From the NCBI GenBank assembly GCA_964276515.1, contig OZ193909.1, positions 8,494,001-8,558,000 of the forward strand: DNA of 64,000 nt, in the 5' to 3' direction. The stretch's first letter is position 1, and each line of letters opens with the position of its first letter. The translations under genes were made by a program, and so were the position numbers. Positions 12,201-25,900 of the stretch are shown piece after piece. Origin of the DNA: Gordius albopunctatus (taxonomy: Eukaryota). Under the pieces are notes generated by a model. It was not told the DNA's origin. It ran no database searches and saw only the letters and a program-made list of their open reading frames with translations.

Positions 12201-15200
12201 GCAACCTAACTGCACAACAAAAATTTAGGCGGACCAGGGTAACCCCCATGGCTTCTTCGGCATTTAACCTACGTGTGCTCAAATAAGGTAAATAATAAGC
12301 GAAGAGTGGACAAAGTGACATTCAACTAGGACAGGGAGTAGTGAAAGCGCTAAATACAGTTGCTAATCGTGTTGTGCTTTACCCTGATATGTATCACATC
12401 TTTCCCACTATTCTCGTCAAAAGTGGCGTGCCTTTGCTTCTTAATACCCGGGAGGTTGCCTGTTGTGGGAAGTAAAAGTAGACCATGGTCTCGCATATAT
12501 TCTTATTAAAATTAAAATAAATCATGGTATTTAGCAGGCTTGTTTGAAGCGAACCATGTAAGGAGTAGATTTGCTTGAAGCGGACTCAGATAGGAGGCAG
12601 CATCTCAAATAAGACTAAATAGAATGCGCCTTTCGGTATTTATAGATGGCTCTCTTTTTAGCTCTTTGTTGCACACAAGAAACCATTTGTACTTTTTGGT
12701 GGACAATAAATAGGTTGCTTCGCCTGCCTTTTTAACGCTCTGGTAAAGGCCGATCTATACGTTTGGTCTTTTGATCAAAAATAATAGCCTTTGTCTTTAT
12801 TAAATTATCAATGTCTTTATATTAAGATTAATCGGTGAATCGGCTCATGTGGCCTTCAACAAAGTATGTTATACATTGTTTTCGATAATCCTGTGTATTT
12901 AATGTATTTATATAACATTTCATACACTTGTATCCAAATTTTTCAATCTCCAGAAACTTAGGGTTTATATTATGTTTACTGCTAAAATTTATAGGCTTGC
13001 CATTACTTCGGCATCAAATGCATTATTGTTCCCCTGGATAAAAACACATTGGCGATAGATTTGTGCAAGCTAAAAACCCTCATCACCTGGAAAACTATAG
13101 CTGTAAATATATGATCGTTTTTTAGTATGTATGCACTTCTATCCATTTTTATCAATGTGCTTCCACCAAATTTAGCCAGGCTTTTCTTTACTTTAAGGCG
13201 AGTAGGTCATCAACAAAAAATAATGTTCGAACTCTCATTTTCATTTTATCCGAATAATATTATTAAAAATTAACAATTTATGTTTAAAATTTTTTATCAT
13301 TGCCATAAAACATTTTACACTTAAAAAATGAATACAGATTTCACTCTGTATATAAAAGTTATATAGTGGATTGTTTAAAAAAATTTTATTACATGGCCTC
13401 ATGAGCTTAGCCATGATTTTAATTAAAAGGGAACAGTAAATGATTTAATGAGGGGCAAAATGACAATTTTTATAATATTTGGCCTTAATCTGAATAAATA
13501 TCAAATAATTTTTAAATAAAGGGTGAACGGAGTAAGCTACCCCTCCCTGCCCCCCCCTGGTTACTCCTGTCTTATCATATAAAATAATATGGTAAAGTTT
13601 ATTTAGCATTTAATAGTGTTTAATGACAATTTGAATGTGTATCCTTTAGTGTTGTTTAATCAATAATTTGATTTTTTACTATTGATCACATTCCAAATGA
13701 GGACATCTCAAAAATATGGTGTATAAATTATATATTTGTATACAGATCGTTGCATCTGCACCTAATTATCCTCATGGCATAATTGATCCAATAGCTGAAA
13801 TCGCGAAGGTAACTTAAATATCATTTGATAACATATTAATTACATAGTTCACGATTTGTTATAAGCAAAATTTAGGGTTTACTTTTAGGAAAAACTATAC
13901 TATTCGCTAAAACAATTTATTTTATAAATTCTTTTAAGAAATATAAATCTAAAATATCGATGCATTTTTAAGTCCCAAAACCAGTTGCCATTCAGTGACG
14001 CGCTAGTATGGAGCATCATTTTTAGAGGCATTTTAGTCTATGACATATTTTGGATTGGACGCAAGTAAAAATGCTTCTTAATATCAACTCTTTCTCAAGC
14101 GAAGCGGATAAATAAAACTAAATTTAACAATATTATAGCGTTAAAACTTAATTACGCGCCAGTTCAAATTTATTAAATATTTGTTTAAACTTACTGAAAC
14201 TCGAAAAATTCAAAAAATATGTTGTTTATTGTTAAAATGTATTTTATGGGTTGTATTTTTGCATGATCTTTTATCAAATTTTTTACAAGCTAGAAAAACA
14301 ATATGCAAAATTTGTCTGCGATAAAAAAATAACTAATAATATCAGATTATTGGTGTTCTTTAATCTCCATCACAAAAACTGCTAATTTCATAATAATAAT
14401 AATAAGACTTAAGCATAATTCAGTTATCTGCCAATTCTAATGGATGATTTCTTTATTAATTCTATACAAATTTGAGTTTTCTTCGCTTGGTGAGCCGAAG
14501 TTATATATATTAAAGTCTAGAACTTCCTAAAATGTGAAATACGCACTAAATGAAACTACGCTCTTTGTGAGCATCAAATGAATTTTTTAAAGGTTATATT
14601 TGCTTTGCTTATTGCTAAATTTAAACCCATAAAATATGTACCTCATCTATTTAAACTGCTTATACACTTCACATTTTCAATATAATTTTCTATAACTCAT
14701 TTCAAAGTAATCTAAAAACATTTATTGCACCCGTAAGATTGGTTCGCAAAACAACGTTCCGATCCATGTAGATTCTTGTCTCGGAGGCTTTCTCATTCCT
14801 TTTGCCTTTGATGCCGGATTCGATGATATTGGAATTACCAAATTTCTTATGTGCCCAGGCGTAACCAGTGTTTCGGCTGATACTCACAAAGTACTTACCG
14901 CATACTAGCCCTAGACATTTATTGTATAAGTTATATAGACCAAATGCAATTTGAGTTTCTTAGAAATTCGGTTAGAATTCCTAAAATATTTGTTTAAAAA
15001 AATTGGCAAAAGATTATTGAAAATTTCCGAAACATAAAATATTTTGAAAAATAGAAATTGCCTATTAAAACGGTTGTTTTCTAAAAAATTTCTGTAAGTT
15101 ATTTTAATAAATATTTTTTGGTAAAAAGTTTATTTTCAAGAAACAAAGTTACATTAATAAGCAAAATACAAAAATAAAGACATATTGGTTAAATACAAAG

Positions 15201-16631
15201 ATCTATAGTGAAAATTGTGCATTATTGATAATATAAACATAGGTTGATACAATGCACTTTTATCAAACTTATTGTAGTATGGATACACACCCAAAGGAAG
15301 TTCTGTCATCTTATATAGCGACCATAAATACCTCCATGCACAATACTATATAGCCACCGAATGGATGGGGGGAATGTATCCTTCCCAAACACTCATGGGT
15401 TAATGACGTATACATGAAATTTATTTGTAAAAGTTTGCGGTTATAGGCTTAAGTTATCATTTAGATCAGAACATTTTATATTTGCAATTCAATTTCCTAG
15501 GCTCAAGATCTGGTTTAAATATTGCTCTCACCTGGGCCACATTGATGTATTTTGGAAGGAAAAGATATGTCGAAGCTACGCAAAAAATCATCAATACATG
15601 TAGACAGATGGTGGACACGTAATTAAAATAGGATTTTTGTATTATTGAGCAGATTTCGAGAAAAAGAGGTCGAACCGAGACGAATCGAATTCAAAATTAT
15701 GGGGGAACCTAAATTAAATGTGGTAGCATTTGGTAATGCTTCAAAGTCCATTTACGATATATATGAATTGGGAAAAAAGATGACTGAAAGAGGGTGGAAT
15801 TTAAATTATCTCCAAAATCCTCATGGGTATATTCATAGATAAATATGAATTATAGACCTTATCAATGACTCATGTCTCCTTTAATATCTATTTAGCATAC
15901 ACATTTGCATTACTTTGGTCCATACAAAAAATGAAGTTTACGAAGGCTTTGTAAAAGATATGCTCGAGTGTGATAGGGAATTGAAGGTGGAAAACGAAAA
16001 AAACTGTGCTCCCAAAAAAGATACGAATATTGTGAGTCACGTTAATAACACACACGCTATATCAAATTTTCAAAATTTATTCGTCGAAATTATAAGCAGG
16101 TCAAACTAATAACTGTTTATAAGAAAACCACCGCTGCATTTAATAAGATATGATTGAATGATTGAAATCCGTGCTCTGCCATTCGAGGCTGCCCGTGAAT
16201 TTAAGCCAACTATTCTAACACCCATCTATCCACAATTTTAATATATTTTCTTTCGAAAGGGTTATTTGTGTGGACATCATAAGATTTACAATCAAAATCT
16301 ATTTTTTTATACTAAATTCAGTATTTTAATTAAAAATTCAAAAGCAGAATCTTAAAAATAATGTAGCCAAAGCCTATCTAAATTACAATTTTTACGACCT
16401 ATATAAACGACAGGTTCACTCTGCAAAAGAGCCATGGATTGTCGTGCCATCTATTTTTTAGTCGAGTTCAAGAGCTTTTCTTTTTTAATTTCTGCATTAT
16501 CTCGCTTAATTTAATGTTTCATTTAATAGGGAGCTCTTTATTGCTTCGCCCAAAGTATATCAAATCAAGCACCCATAGAAGATGTTTTAAAACGAGGATA
16601 CCTTGACGGCTATTACAGTAAGCCAACATAA
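9267..16631 (+). CDS. SGPL1: Sphingosine-1-phosphate lyase (PLP-dependent), 15 exons, ~551 aa
   Basis: Phase-consistent exons 9267-9387, 9428-9606, 9640-9679, 9719-9801, 9873-10001, 11906-11997, 12827-12863, 12995-13102, 13746-13808, 14738-14890, 15278-15398, 15501-15618, 15653-15826, 15896-16031, 16530-16631. Motifs: N-terminal hydrophobic anchor, GKISGCVY, NPLHPDIYPG, TSGGTESILLAC, AHVAFNKA, SAPNYPHG, HVDSCLGGF, SADTHKYG (PLP lysine), GSRSG, GWNLNYLQ. Start codon uncertain (9267, 9291 or an upstream exon). Confidence 0.95.
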
Positions 16632-16805
16632 ACGGAGTCGGTGGTCGATACTTTATTCCCGCATTTATTATATAATTTATAGATTTATCGCAAATAACAT
16701 TTCAATACTATATTATATTTAACATCATTAATTTCAAAGTTTCCTAAAAAAGAGTCTCCTGTCACATTTGATCGCAAAATAGGTTAGAATTTTGGATTAG
16801 ATTGT

Positions 16806-19800
16806 TCACTTGATTTCGGCTTCAGGGAAAAGCAATCGGTTAGGTGGTATGTACAGATAGGTACGGTCTATAGAAATTTAAATAAGGTTTGGAGGAGATA
16901 TATATATGAAATCAATGTAAATTAGCACAAAAAAATTTACCGGGTAAATGAGTTATGTTTCCATTGGAATCTGTTAACATGGTCATATAGTGTTTCTCAA
17001 AATTCTGCAACTTAATATGATCATCCAAGGCAGGAGATTCATTAAGAGTTGTCGTGCTTTTTACACAAGATATCCCGTAGATTTTTTGCCGTGGCGAAGA
17101 TTTTACCGCAAATGCATCTTTTAGTTTAGCGTGCAAATATGCCGGGCTTAAATAGACGTTTCCGTTTAAATCCTTTATAGAAGTTACATCGTTGATGTCA
17201 GTTTTGCACGCTTCTGACTTAACATCAATTTTTTGATCATCCGAAACTTCGAGCAATTTTTTTTTAACCAAGAGCAGCGGAACGGGTGGTGGCATACTTA
17301 TAGTGCATGTCTTAGCAGTTTTGTTGGTTGGAGGCGAGATGGAAGGCCCTACGCGAGGTGGTACTTCTTGTTGGTTGACATTTTCAAAGTATGGACGCCT
17401 CAGTTCGTAAAGGTTGCTGATGTAATAATGGCAAGCTTCGTCCCAAGCCACAATATTTTCGAAGGTGGTTTCGATCGAACTTGATCGCATTTCGGTGCTA
17501 GTTTTTTCGCATTGAGAAGCAGTATTTCGCATGCGCTTGTAAACGTGATCGAAAATATAAATTTCCGTCAATTGACCACCTCCGGGCGCTCCTTCGTTCA
17601 AATATTGCATCGTTATATCCTCGTCATCCTTAAAGGGTGGTTCGTTCCTAACTAAACGAAAGGTCATTATGTTATTGCTATGGCTTATTTGCCAGCCAAA
17701 AAAAGATACAAGCCTTTTCAGCCATCCACGAACATTAATAAAATTAAAAGATGATCATGTCAAGTGGCCAAAGCTCATATGTTAAAGAGTTACCCTTTTT
17801 GTTGCCAAGTGTATGATTGTCTTCGGGTTCAAGGTTAACGTCATTAATATCTCTCTTGTTTGATGAAATGGGTGAGGATAGTTGGTTGGATGGAGAAGGG
17901 AGTTGCGTTTCACGGGCTCCATTCGAATTAGGTAGCATTGTTAGTTCTGATACCAGCAATCTAATGAGCATCAATATTTTTAAGCATTAGTTTTTAATAT
18001 CGTTAGGCATATAATTCCTCCATATGCAATTGGTAAATTTAAGGACAAACTAATATAAATTTTAAACATGAGACCAAATTGTTTTTTTTGTAAAGCAATT
18101 AAAACTTTTGTTAAAAGTTATGATCAAAATACATGTTCATTTAATATGAAGGGGGGGGGGCAATTTTTGATATTTGTGAATTTAATTTAATAGAAAGGAT
18201 TTTTAAAAACTAGTTTTGACCCAAAATAAGGTTTAATATAACTTGTCTATGAGAAAAAAAACAATTTTAAACGAGTATAATTTTTTAGAATTAACTGGAT
18301 AAGTTTCAAATAAATAGCAGGCCAAGATATATTTTGCTCTTAATCCTAATAAAAATTAATATTTTACATTAAGTACTAATTATTTTAATAATTGTTCCTA
18401 TAGTATATAGGAAAGATTGGGGTTTAATGATCTATTTTTCCTAAGCAATTTTTGTCTAAAAATTAATTTAATTTGTTTCATAAAACGTGTGCGCACAATT
18501 ATTTACACATTATTTATAAAGCGGCATTCAAATAATTATTTGTCTAAATTGCGCAATTATTGAACAAATATATATTCAGAATATCGTAAAAAAATTCATT
18601 TTTTTAACGTATGATACAAAGTTTTGTACCTCGAAATTATTTTGGATAGTTGTGTAAATATACGGCCAACATATGTGAGACAAAAATTAATTTTTATTAA
18701 AAATATAATCTTATCAAAATGCAACATATTTTATCATGCCGCTCTAGGCTTAGTAAGTGAGCAAAATGATTTGTGTTCTTAAATACATTTTTTAGTCAGA
18801 ACAACTAAGTTTTCAATTAATGTAAACTTGACCATAGCATCTTTGAATGTAAATGGTTACATCTTTAATTTTTTATTTTAATTATTTAGCCTAAATCTTT
18901 CCATTATATAATCATTTTATAATATTTCTCTCGTTGGAATTAAATTATGTTAGTTCCTTGCCAAAACTTGTGAAATTAAAAAAGGACATAATATGAAAAA
19001 GATAAATTGGTGCGAAATATTGTTGTTTATAATATATTTATAAATTTTCAAAAAGAAGATACAGATGATTCATAAAGAAGAAATAAATGTTCGAAATTCA
19101 TTACATTGTTGCTTTTATAATTTTGGTAATTTGTCGATCTTAATTACGTAAAATTAATAGAAAAAATAAACCAAAAATATAGCTTTACGATTCTTAAAAA
19201 AACAACGCAGATCATGTTTATTTTAAAAACATTGATTTCTGTGAATAAAAGAAGTCAAAACATGTAAAATTTCTGTTAATTTTTAAATATATAATATTTT
19301 TTTCTTAGAAAGTGACGCGTGGGCATGAAAGATACATAACTGACCCAAACTTAACCATAAATTACACTAGACAACAAATATTGACCTTGTGAAATCAACT
19401 TGAAAACGGGTAACAGATTCTGGTAGAGTTTTTTGTGGGGATCACGAATATGTTTTTCTTTTTTGTTATATACGAGAAGTTTTTGAAATAATTGGTCTCA
19501 AAGTTGTGAAAAGGGTCGTTTTTGACCCTTTGTGACGATGAATACTGCGAAGATGAATCGAGAAAGTTAAAAAGTTAAAGTTCTAAACGATATTATAATT
19601 TGATTTTAAAAACTTTAAAAAAATTTTTTAATCTACCTGCAATAGTTTTAATTTTATGACGAAAATTCAATTACCCCCTTGTTAAATTCCCCTCCGTTAT
19701 ATGCATACATAACACTATACCGCAAGTGCATGTGCGTAGTGTGAAAGAGCTAAATAGTAGGTCACTACTCTTACTACCACTACGCCTCTCTCCATCAATC

Positions 19801-22800
19801 AAACTTTCCTCCCTCATCATACCAGCAATCTCAACGCCTCCTCCCGCTTACTCCTTCTACTCTTGTTTAAAAACTAGATTTGATGCCATATAAAGGCTTT
19901 TATTAAAAGATGTTTAAATTTTTCATTATACCCCTCGCAAAATTTAAATGAACCGTGGGCGTAGGTAGGGAGGCCCCCCCCCCTAAATAATTTTTTGATA
20001 TAAAATTAGAAAAAAAATTGTGTTTTGCCCCCACGAAAATGCTATAAATTTTTTTCGCTCACCCCTAGTTTCATTTGCACCCCCCTAATTTTAAAATAAA
20101 AATGTAAATTTTTTGATTAATTTATAACTATAGGGTTTTTTGCTGGCGACCTTCTAATTTTATGTGTTTTTTCAGCGTTAACTAAAGGTTTAGCAATTAC
20201 GCTATTGGACCCTGAAATTTATATCAATTTAATCCCAGCCTGCTTCACTCCACCCATTTTTTCATGGTTACCCCATGCATAGTAAGAATTAAGCCTAGAC
20301 GAAAGATTTTTTCACTACCCCTCAAATATTCCATTGTTTCCTCTTGAATGTTTTTCAGCCATATTTTTTTATTGTAACGTTACCCAACAAATATATAGCA
20401 TTTTCGTGGGGGCAAAACACAATTTTTTTTCTAATTTTATATCAAAAAATTAAAAAATTATTTAGGGGGGGCCTCCCTGCCTACGCCCACGGTTCATTTA
20501 AATTTTGCGAGGGGTATAATGAAAAATTTAAACATCTTTTAATAAAAGCCTTTATATGGCATCAAATCTAGTTTTTAAACAAGAGTAGAAGGAGTAAGCG
20601 GGAGGAGGCGTTGAGATTGCTGGTATGATGAGGGAGGAAAGTTTGATTGATGGAGAGAGGCGTAGTGGTAGTAAGAGTAGTGACCTACTATTTAGCTCTT
20701 TCACACTACGCACATGCACTTGCGGTATAGTGTTATGTATGCATATAACGGAGGGGAATTTGCAGATTAAAATTTTTTTTTAAAGTTTTTAAAATCAAAT
20801 TGTAATATCGTTTAGAACTTTAACTTTTTAACTTTCTCGATTCATCTTCGCAGTATTCATCGTCAAAAACGACCTTTTTCACAACTTTGAGACCAATTAT
20901 TTCAAAAACTTCTCGTATATAACAAAAAAGAAAAACATATACGTGATCCCTACAAAAAACTCTACCAGAATCTGTTACCCGTTTTCCAGTTGATTTTTTT
21001 TGTATACTAGTGTTATTAAATTATAGAATCCGCGTGAGAGTTTAAAATAAAAGGTTTATTGGTGATATTAAGATGAAATTAATGACAATATAAGATAATT
21101 TTTATAAAAATATTAGTACAATAGAATAAAAGGGCACGTAAAAAATTATAAACCTTTTCATAACTTCGGCAATAATCGTGTCACAATCGCCTAGGAATTC
21201 AATATCGAAATTTAAGTGGGGAAGTGGTTCTTTGTTGATCAATATTTGTGGTACGTCAGGAGGTAGGGAATCTTTATTCATAAATAAGATACGCTATTCA
21301 AAAAGAATTCATAAAAATTATAAGGAAATAAGGTGAAAGTGTTGTTTTACCTTAGTTCTTAAATTAGTTGTATATCATTCAATTAAGTAAACAATTTAAA
21401 ATACAAAATAATCAGCATCAGGCAAAGCCGTTCTTAATTTTTAATACAACCATGCATCAAGAATGAGATGAGTTTTAAAGCGTTTACAACTTAAGCCACC
21501 CGCCTTAAAAAAGGGAAGAAACCTTTAATCTTTTCTGACGCAAAAAATGAAATTTAATTATTTGCGACGGCTGAAGAAAGTAAATGCTGCATACTTGGTA
21601 TGAGTGAAACGGGTCGAACTTTCATGGAACTACCCATGACGATCAACAGGTCGCAGAGATCTTTGTCAACGTCCAAAGATTCGTGAAATCTTTCACCAAG
21701 CCCCTCTCCGAAAAATACGATGTCGGGTTTCATGATGGCCCAATCCCTCTTTCCAAATTTTCCATCGGCTTTTGTGGCCGTGTTATTATGGTTGGGGTCG
21801 CGATGACCCTTTTCGAAGCAATAATCGTTGAATTCATCACTGCTATCGTCCGTGTTAAGCCCGTCTTCATCTTCGTCGAGCGACATATCCTTATGTTCAG
21901 TCAACCAAAATAAACTGAAGCACCGAGTATTTAAATGGCAAAAAACGATGTTCGCACCTTATCAAATTATATAAGTTAAAAACTGTGGGTTCGTGTTACG
22001 AGTTAGTAATCAAGTTCAAAGACTTTCTATACCTTGTGGTAATCCTTCAAAAGGCTGTGATTGCCTTTGCAGGGTGACACAATTTTAGGTCCATTCACGT
22101 TATCCGCTATCATTTTCTTCGATGATTCTGCGTGGAGAAAATTTAATTTATTGCAATTATGCGATAAAAATAGTTTTGCTAACCCAACTTAATTTATCAG
22201 ATTGTCTCCTCACGGACCAAAAAAACTTTCTTTTTACTCAACTTTTTATTTTTAAACGGTTGAACGCGATCATTTTTCCAAAGGTAAATGTTTCAAGTGC
22301 CGATAATACAAATCAGTAGGCATAGATTCAAAAGGGTGTGACACTTAAATATCACAACAGTACATGGGCGTGGCCAGGATTGGATTTAGAGGGGGGGGGG
22401 GGGTCAATAATGATTTTGAATAATTTTTGGTTTTTTAGGAGAGCAGCGGCCCCTCCCTGCAACCCTCTGGCCAAGCCTATGCAAGAGTATATGAATTTTG
22501 TTTAGGTTAGCGTGAAATGAGTTTTTCCACTAAAGTTTTAAAAACATACAACGGCAAGCAAGCCTGATATATTATTATTAATTACCGTCGTTCGATTTGT
22601 GATCAGGTTGAAGAAGGGTTATTGCTTCCTTAACTTCAGCATGACATATCGGACACAATGGTACAATCTAAGCAGGTTTCAATGGGGATTTAAGGTTGTA
22701 TCAATAAATTATTACCTGATTGTATATGTCATTTTTTATGGCGTCGGAGGATAGTTGATGTTTGCATTCGGTACAAGAGGCGGTTGCAAATGACCCTTAA

Positions 22801-23982
22801 TAAAAAGTAAATCGTTTAAAATTCTTATTACGTACCATGACATTCAATAATTCTCTTAATCCCGGCCACGTTTTCCAACGTATCGATATTTTGTGTGTAA
22901 TTTCGTAACAATTTATTCCGTTTTTCAAGATATCGTATGAAGCGATGGCTGAGGGAAGGTTTAAATTTACCAGGATATATTTCCTTATATGTAAAAATGA
23001 TAGTCATAAGCTTTTAATGAGAGAATCAATTGAATATAAATGACATCTCAGTTATTGTATAACAAAAAGCCTGATTCAATATAAATCTATTCACCTTGGC
23101 TATCTTAAAAAAAGGCCGGGGATCGTATCTAAAATAATTGATGTCAAAAATTGCTTGTGGATCAGAGAGATTAGGAAAATCTTTGGATAGCCTAGCATAT
23201 AGACCATCTTTAGATCGAAAATCTGGAATGCCACAGGAAACAGAAACCTAATAAAATTTAATTTATTAATATTTCTTTATTTAATTTAAATAAAAATTAC
23301 CCCTGCCCCAGTAAGAATAATTATATTTTGTGATCTTTTAAGTAGTTGGATAAAATCATCCATTGTGTTGAGGTGAGGCAATTTTTTCCTTTTGTTTAGG
23401 GGTTGGGTTAATAATTGTAGTATCATATCCCAACTTTCATAATTACTCAAATTAGATGGAGAGCTCATAGGCAAGAGCATTTTTAAGATATTTTGTGGGT
23501 TGGTATTTTCTTTCATTTGCTGTCTTAACCATTGAAGTGGTCCTGCAATGTGACATCAAAGACATAACAAAATTATAGTACATGTTAAAAGCAAATTATT
23601 CTCAGTCATAAATTTTCAAAAAAAAAAAAAGAATATCTTTAACAATAAAATTTGAAAGATTTAAAGAATTTATATTTAGAAACACTATGTTTGTCATTTA
23701 ACAAATAAAAATATAGTTAATTAGATAATAAATATAAAAGTTATACAAAAAAGATTCCTTTAAAATTATATAATACCAGGTAGATTCAAATCATCTGATG
23801 AACTTGAAATTGTGGACTCATTTTCGCCTATTGATTTAGATATTGAACTACTTGATGATGATAAGGAATTACATTCATCGTTATCCATATCTATCTTAGC
23901 ATCCTCATTTTTATTATCTATAATAAAATAGATAATATACAACAAAAACGATTATACTATTTTGGTGAATACCATTGTCCAT
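16806..23982 (-). CDS. SIRT1: NAD-dependent protein deacetylase sirtuin-1 (Sir2 orthologue), ~13 exons
   Basis: Exons 23982-23973, 23917-23777, 23542-23301, 23247-23095, 22983-22836, 22795-22716, 22667-22586, 22127-22033, 21889-21595, 21271-21154, 17960-~17793, ~17651-16941, 16867-16806. Motifs: [10 protein letters not shown] (SIRT1 N-domain), [66 protein letters not shown] and C-terminal regulatory segment [15 protein letters not shown]. Confidence 0.95.
19365..21012. mobile_element. Foldback element / long inverted repeat in a SIRT1 intron, possibly CACTA(CMC)-type
   Basis: Arms 19365-20046 and 20394-21012 are reverse complements, near-identical apart from a few indels; 347-bp spacer; termini CACTAG...CTAGTG flanked by TTA on both sides. 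The superfamily call is tentative. Confidence 0.85.
22362..22481. mobile_element. hAT-type MITE (CATGGGCGTAGCCAG family)
   Basis: TIRs catgggcgtggccag / ctggccaagcctatg; TSD caacagta/caagagta (1 mismatch). Confidence 0.75.
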
Positions 23983-25599
23983 CTTAATTATTACATTATT
24001 AAGTCATTTTGTTACATTTAAGCAAATTTTGTAATCGGAATTAACAAATATCATGCAAATCTATGTATTTAAGGAGCATTACTTAAAGAGTTTTCTAGCT
24101 TAATAATTTGGTATTTATTGGAAAAAATATTTTTAAATGTGTATAATATTGTAGTGAAATCTCATCGTAGAAACTGTTATGGAAAAGCAGTATCTTCTAA
24201 AAGACTTCTCTATTTTGATTATGTCAATACGTGTAGCTATTAAAAAAATTATAATTATATTAGAATACTTTATAGAATCATTTATCTGTGTTCCATTTAG
24301 AACCGTGCAAAATGGATTTTATCCTGCCCGCGCCCCAAGTTTCATTTATTAGTTTGCCCAAACGCAGCAAAAAATGCTCTTTTTGTTTTTGGTCGGGCTC
24401 TAGTTTATTTAATAAAATATTTTAGGCAAATTATACATTTGAATATTATTTTACCATATAAATATAATTTGATGGTTTTCTCATTCTATAACAAGGATGG
24501 TTTAAAATAAAGAAGAGGGGAGGGGCTGGAGTTTGAAGATATATTATGTACGCTGTACGAAGATATTTATTTTATAACGAATTGGATTTATTTAAATATT
24601 TTATGTATGGTTAGTTTATTAGTTTAATTTGGGCCGAGCTCTGTCTCTTGTAAGGCTGCTGAATTATTTTGCCTGAGCCTTGCTTGAAACTCTCAATGGC
24701 CGAATCAGGCAGGCTCAGAACGGCCGTGCAGGGCCCTAATTACACTCTTATATTCTATTTATATTATATATAACTCAATAAATCTGTGTAATCGCTCCAC
24801 ATATTATATGTCGCGTACTTAATAAAAAATGATAAAACCAACGTTATTAGGCTATCCAGTTTACTCGCAAATCTATTATTTACATAACACAAATATAATC
24901 TTGCTGAGCATATTGACACTAAAACTCCCACTCTATAAATCGTTAACCATATATTTCGGTCAACAATGCCTCTTCCACGGAAGTTATCAAACAGGAATCG
25001 ATAGTTTATTGTGGTGTCCGCTATCCAAAAATTTATATATTCATTCATCCCCCCCCTCCCACACATACACTTATACGCGTTCCGTTTATGATGATTAATA
25101 TTTGTTAGTATATCTATGATGAAAATAGATGTGTAAAATAAGTAAGCGGGGGGAACGCCACACCTCCCCCTTTAACGAGAAGTCAATGACTTAATGTCCT
25201 AACGTTCCGATAAAGGTATGGAGTTCAGCGTTGTTGAATACTACTTTCTATTATTTAAAGGTCGAGGCGGCGATCTACCTTATCTTTTATAAATAAAGTC
25301 CAAACAAACCTTAGGTATACAAAACAATATAATTTTTAAACATTTCCTGAAATTTAGCCCATTAATATAATTTATCGTCTGACATCTAGTGCCAGTTCCT
25401 GACCTTTGCTCACGGATCGACTGATTTATGTGTAAATCAGCGATAAAAAGGGTACGTCATGGCTAGCGGACGTTTTGTCCCAGCTCTGTGACGCACCGAG
25501 CAACAGTCTCAACCAAAATTATAATCAATTTATACTAAATCATCACAAAGGCTGTACCATTTTACTTTTATTTTATACCTACACTGTAAATTGCCATTT

Positions 25600-25900
25600 T
25601 ATAAATTATCATTTCTTTCGCCGGCGGCACGAGAAACGACAATTTAAAATGGCAGGATATAAAATTTATATACAACTTTCTGGGTTCTATTCGCGATATA
25701 TTTAAATATGGATAACTCAAGTTTACAATATATACAGAGCAAGAAAAATTAAAAAGCAAACGGTTAATTAGGCTTATTTAATGGAACAATATACCCCTGA
25801 CATTGCCAAAGAGGTTGCAGACCTTGTACTAAACATTCCTGTGAAACATGCATTAATTAATTAGGTCAGTCAAAAAGAATTGAGAACTTCTTAACCCGCG
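25600..25900 (+). pseudogene. Probable degenerate Gypsy gag remnant
   Basis: Broken frame resembling Gypsy gag N-termini (FWV.F...TEQEK...PDIAKEVADLVL); same strand as the pol remnant at 32150-33030. Confidence 0.35.
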
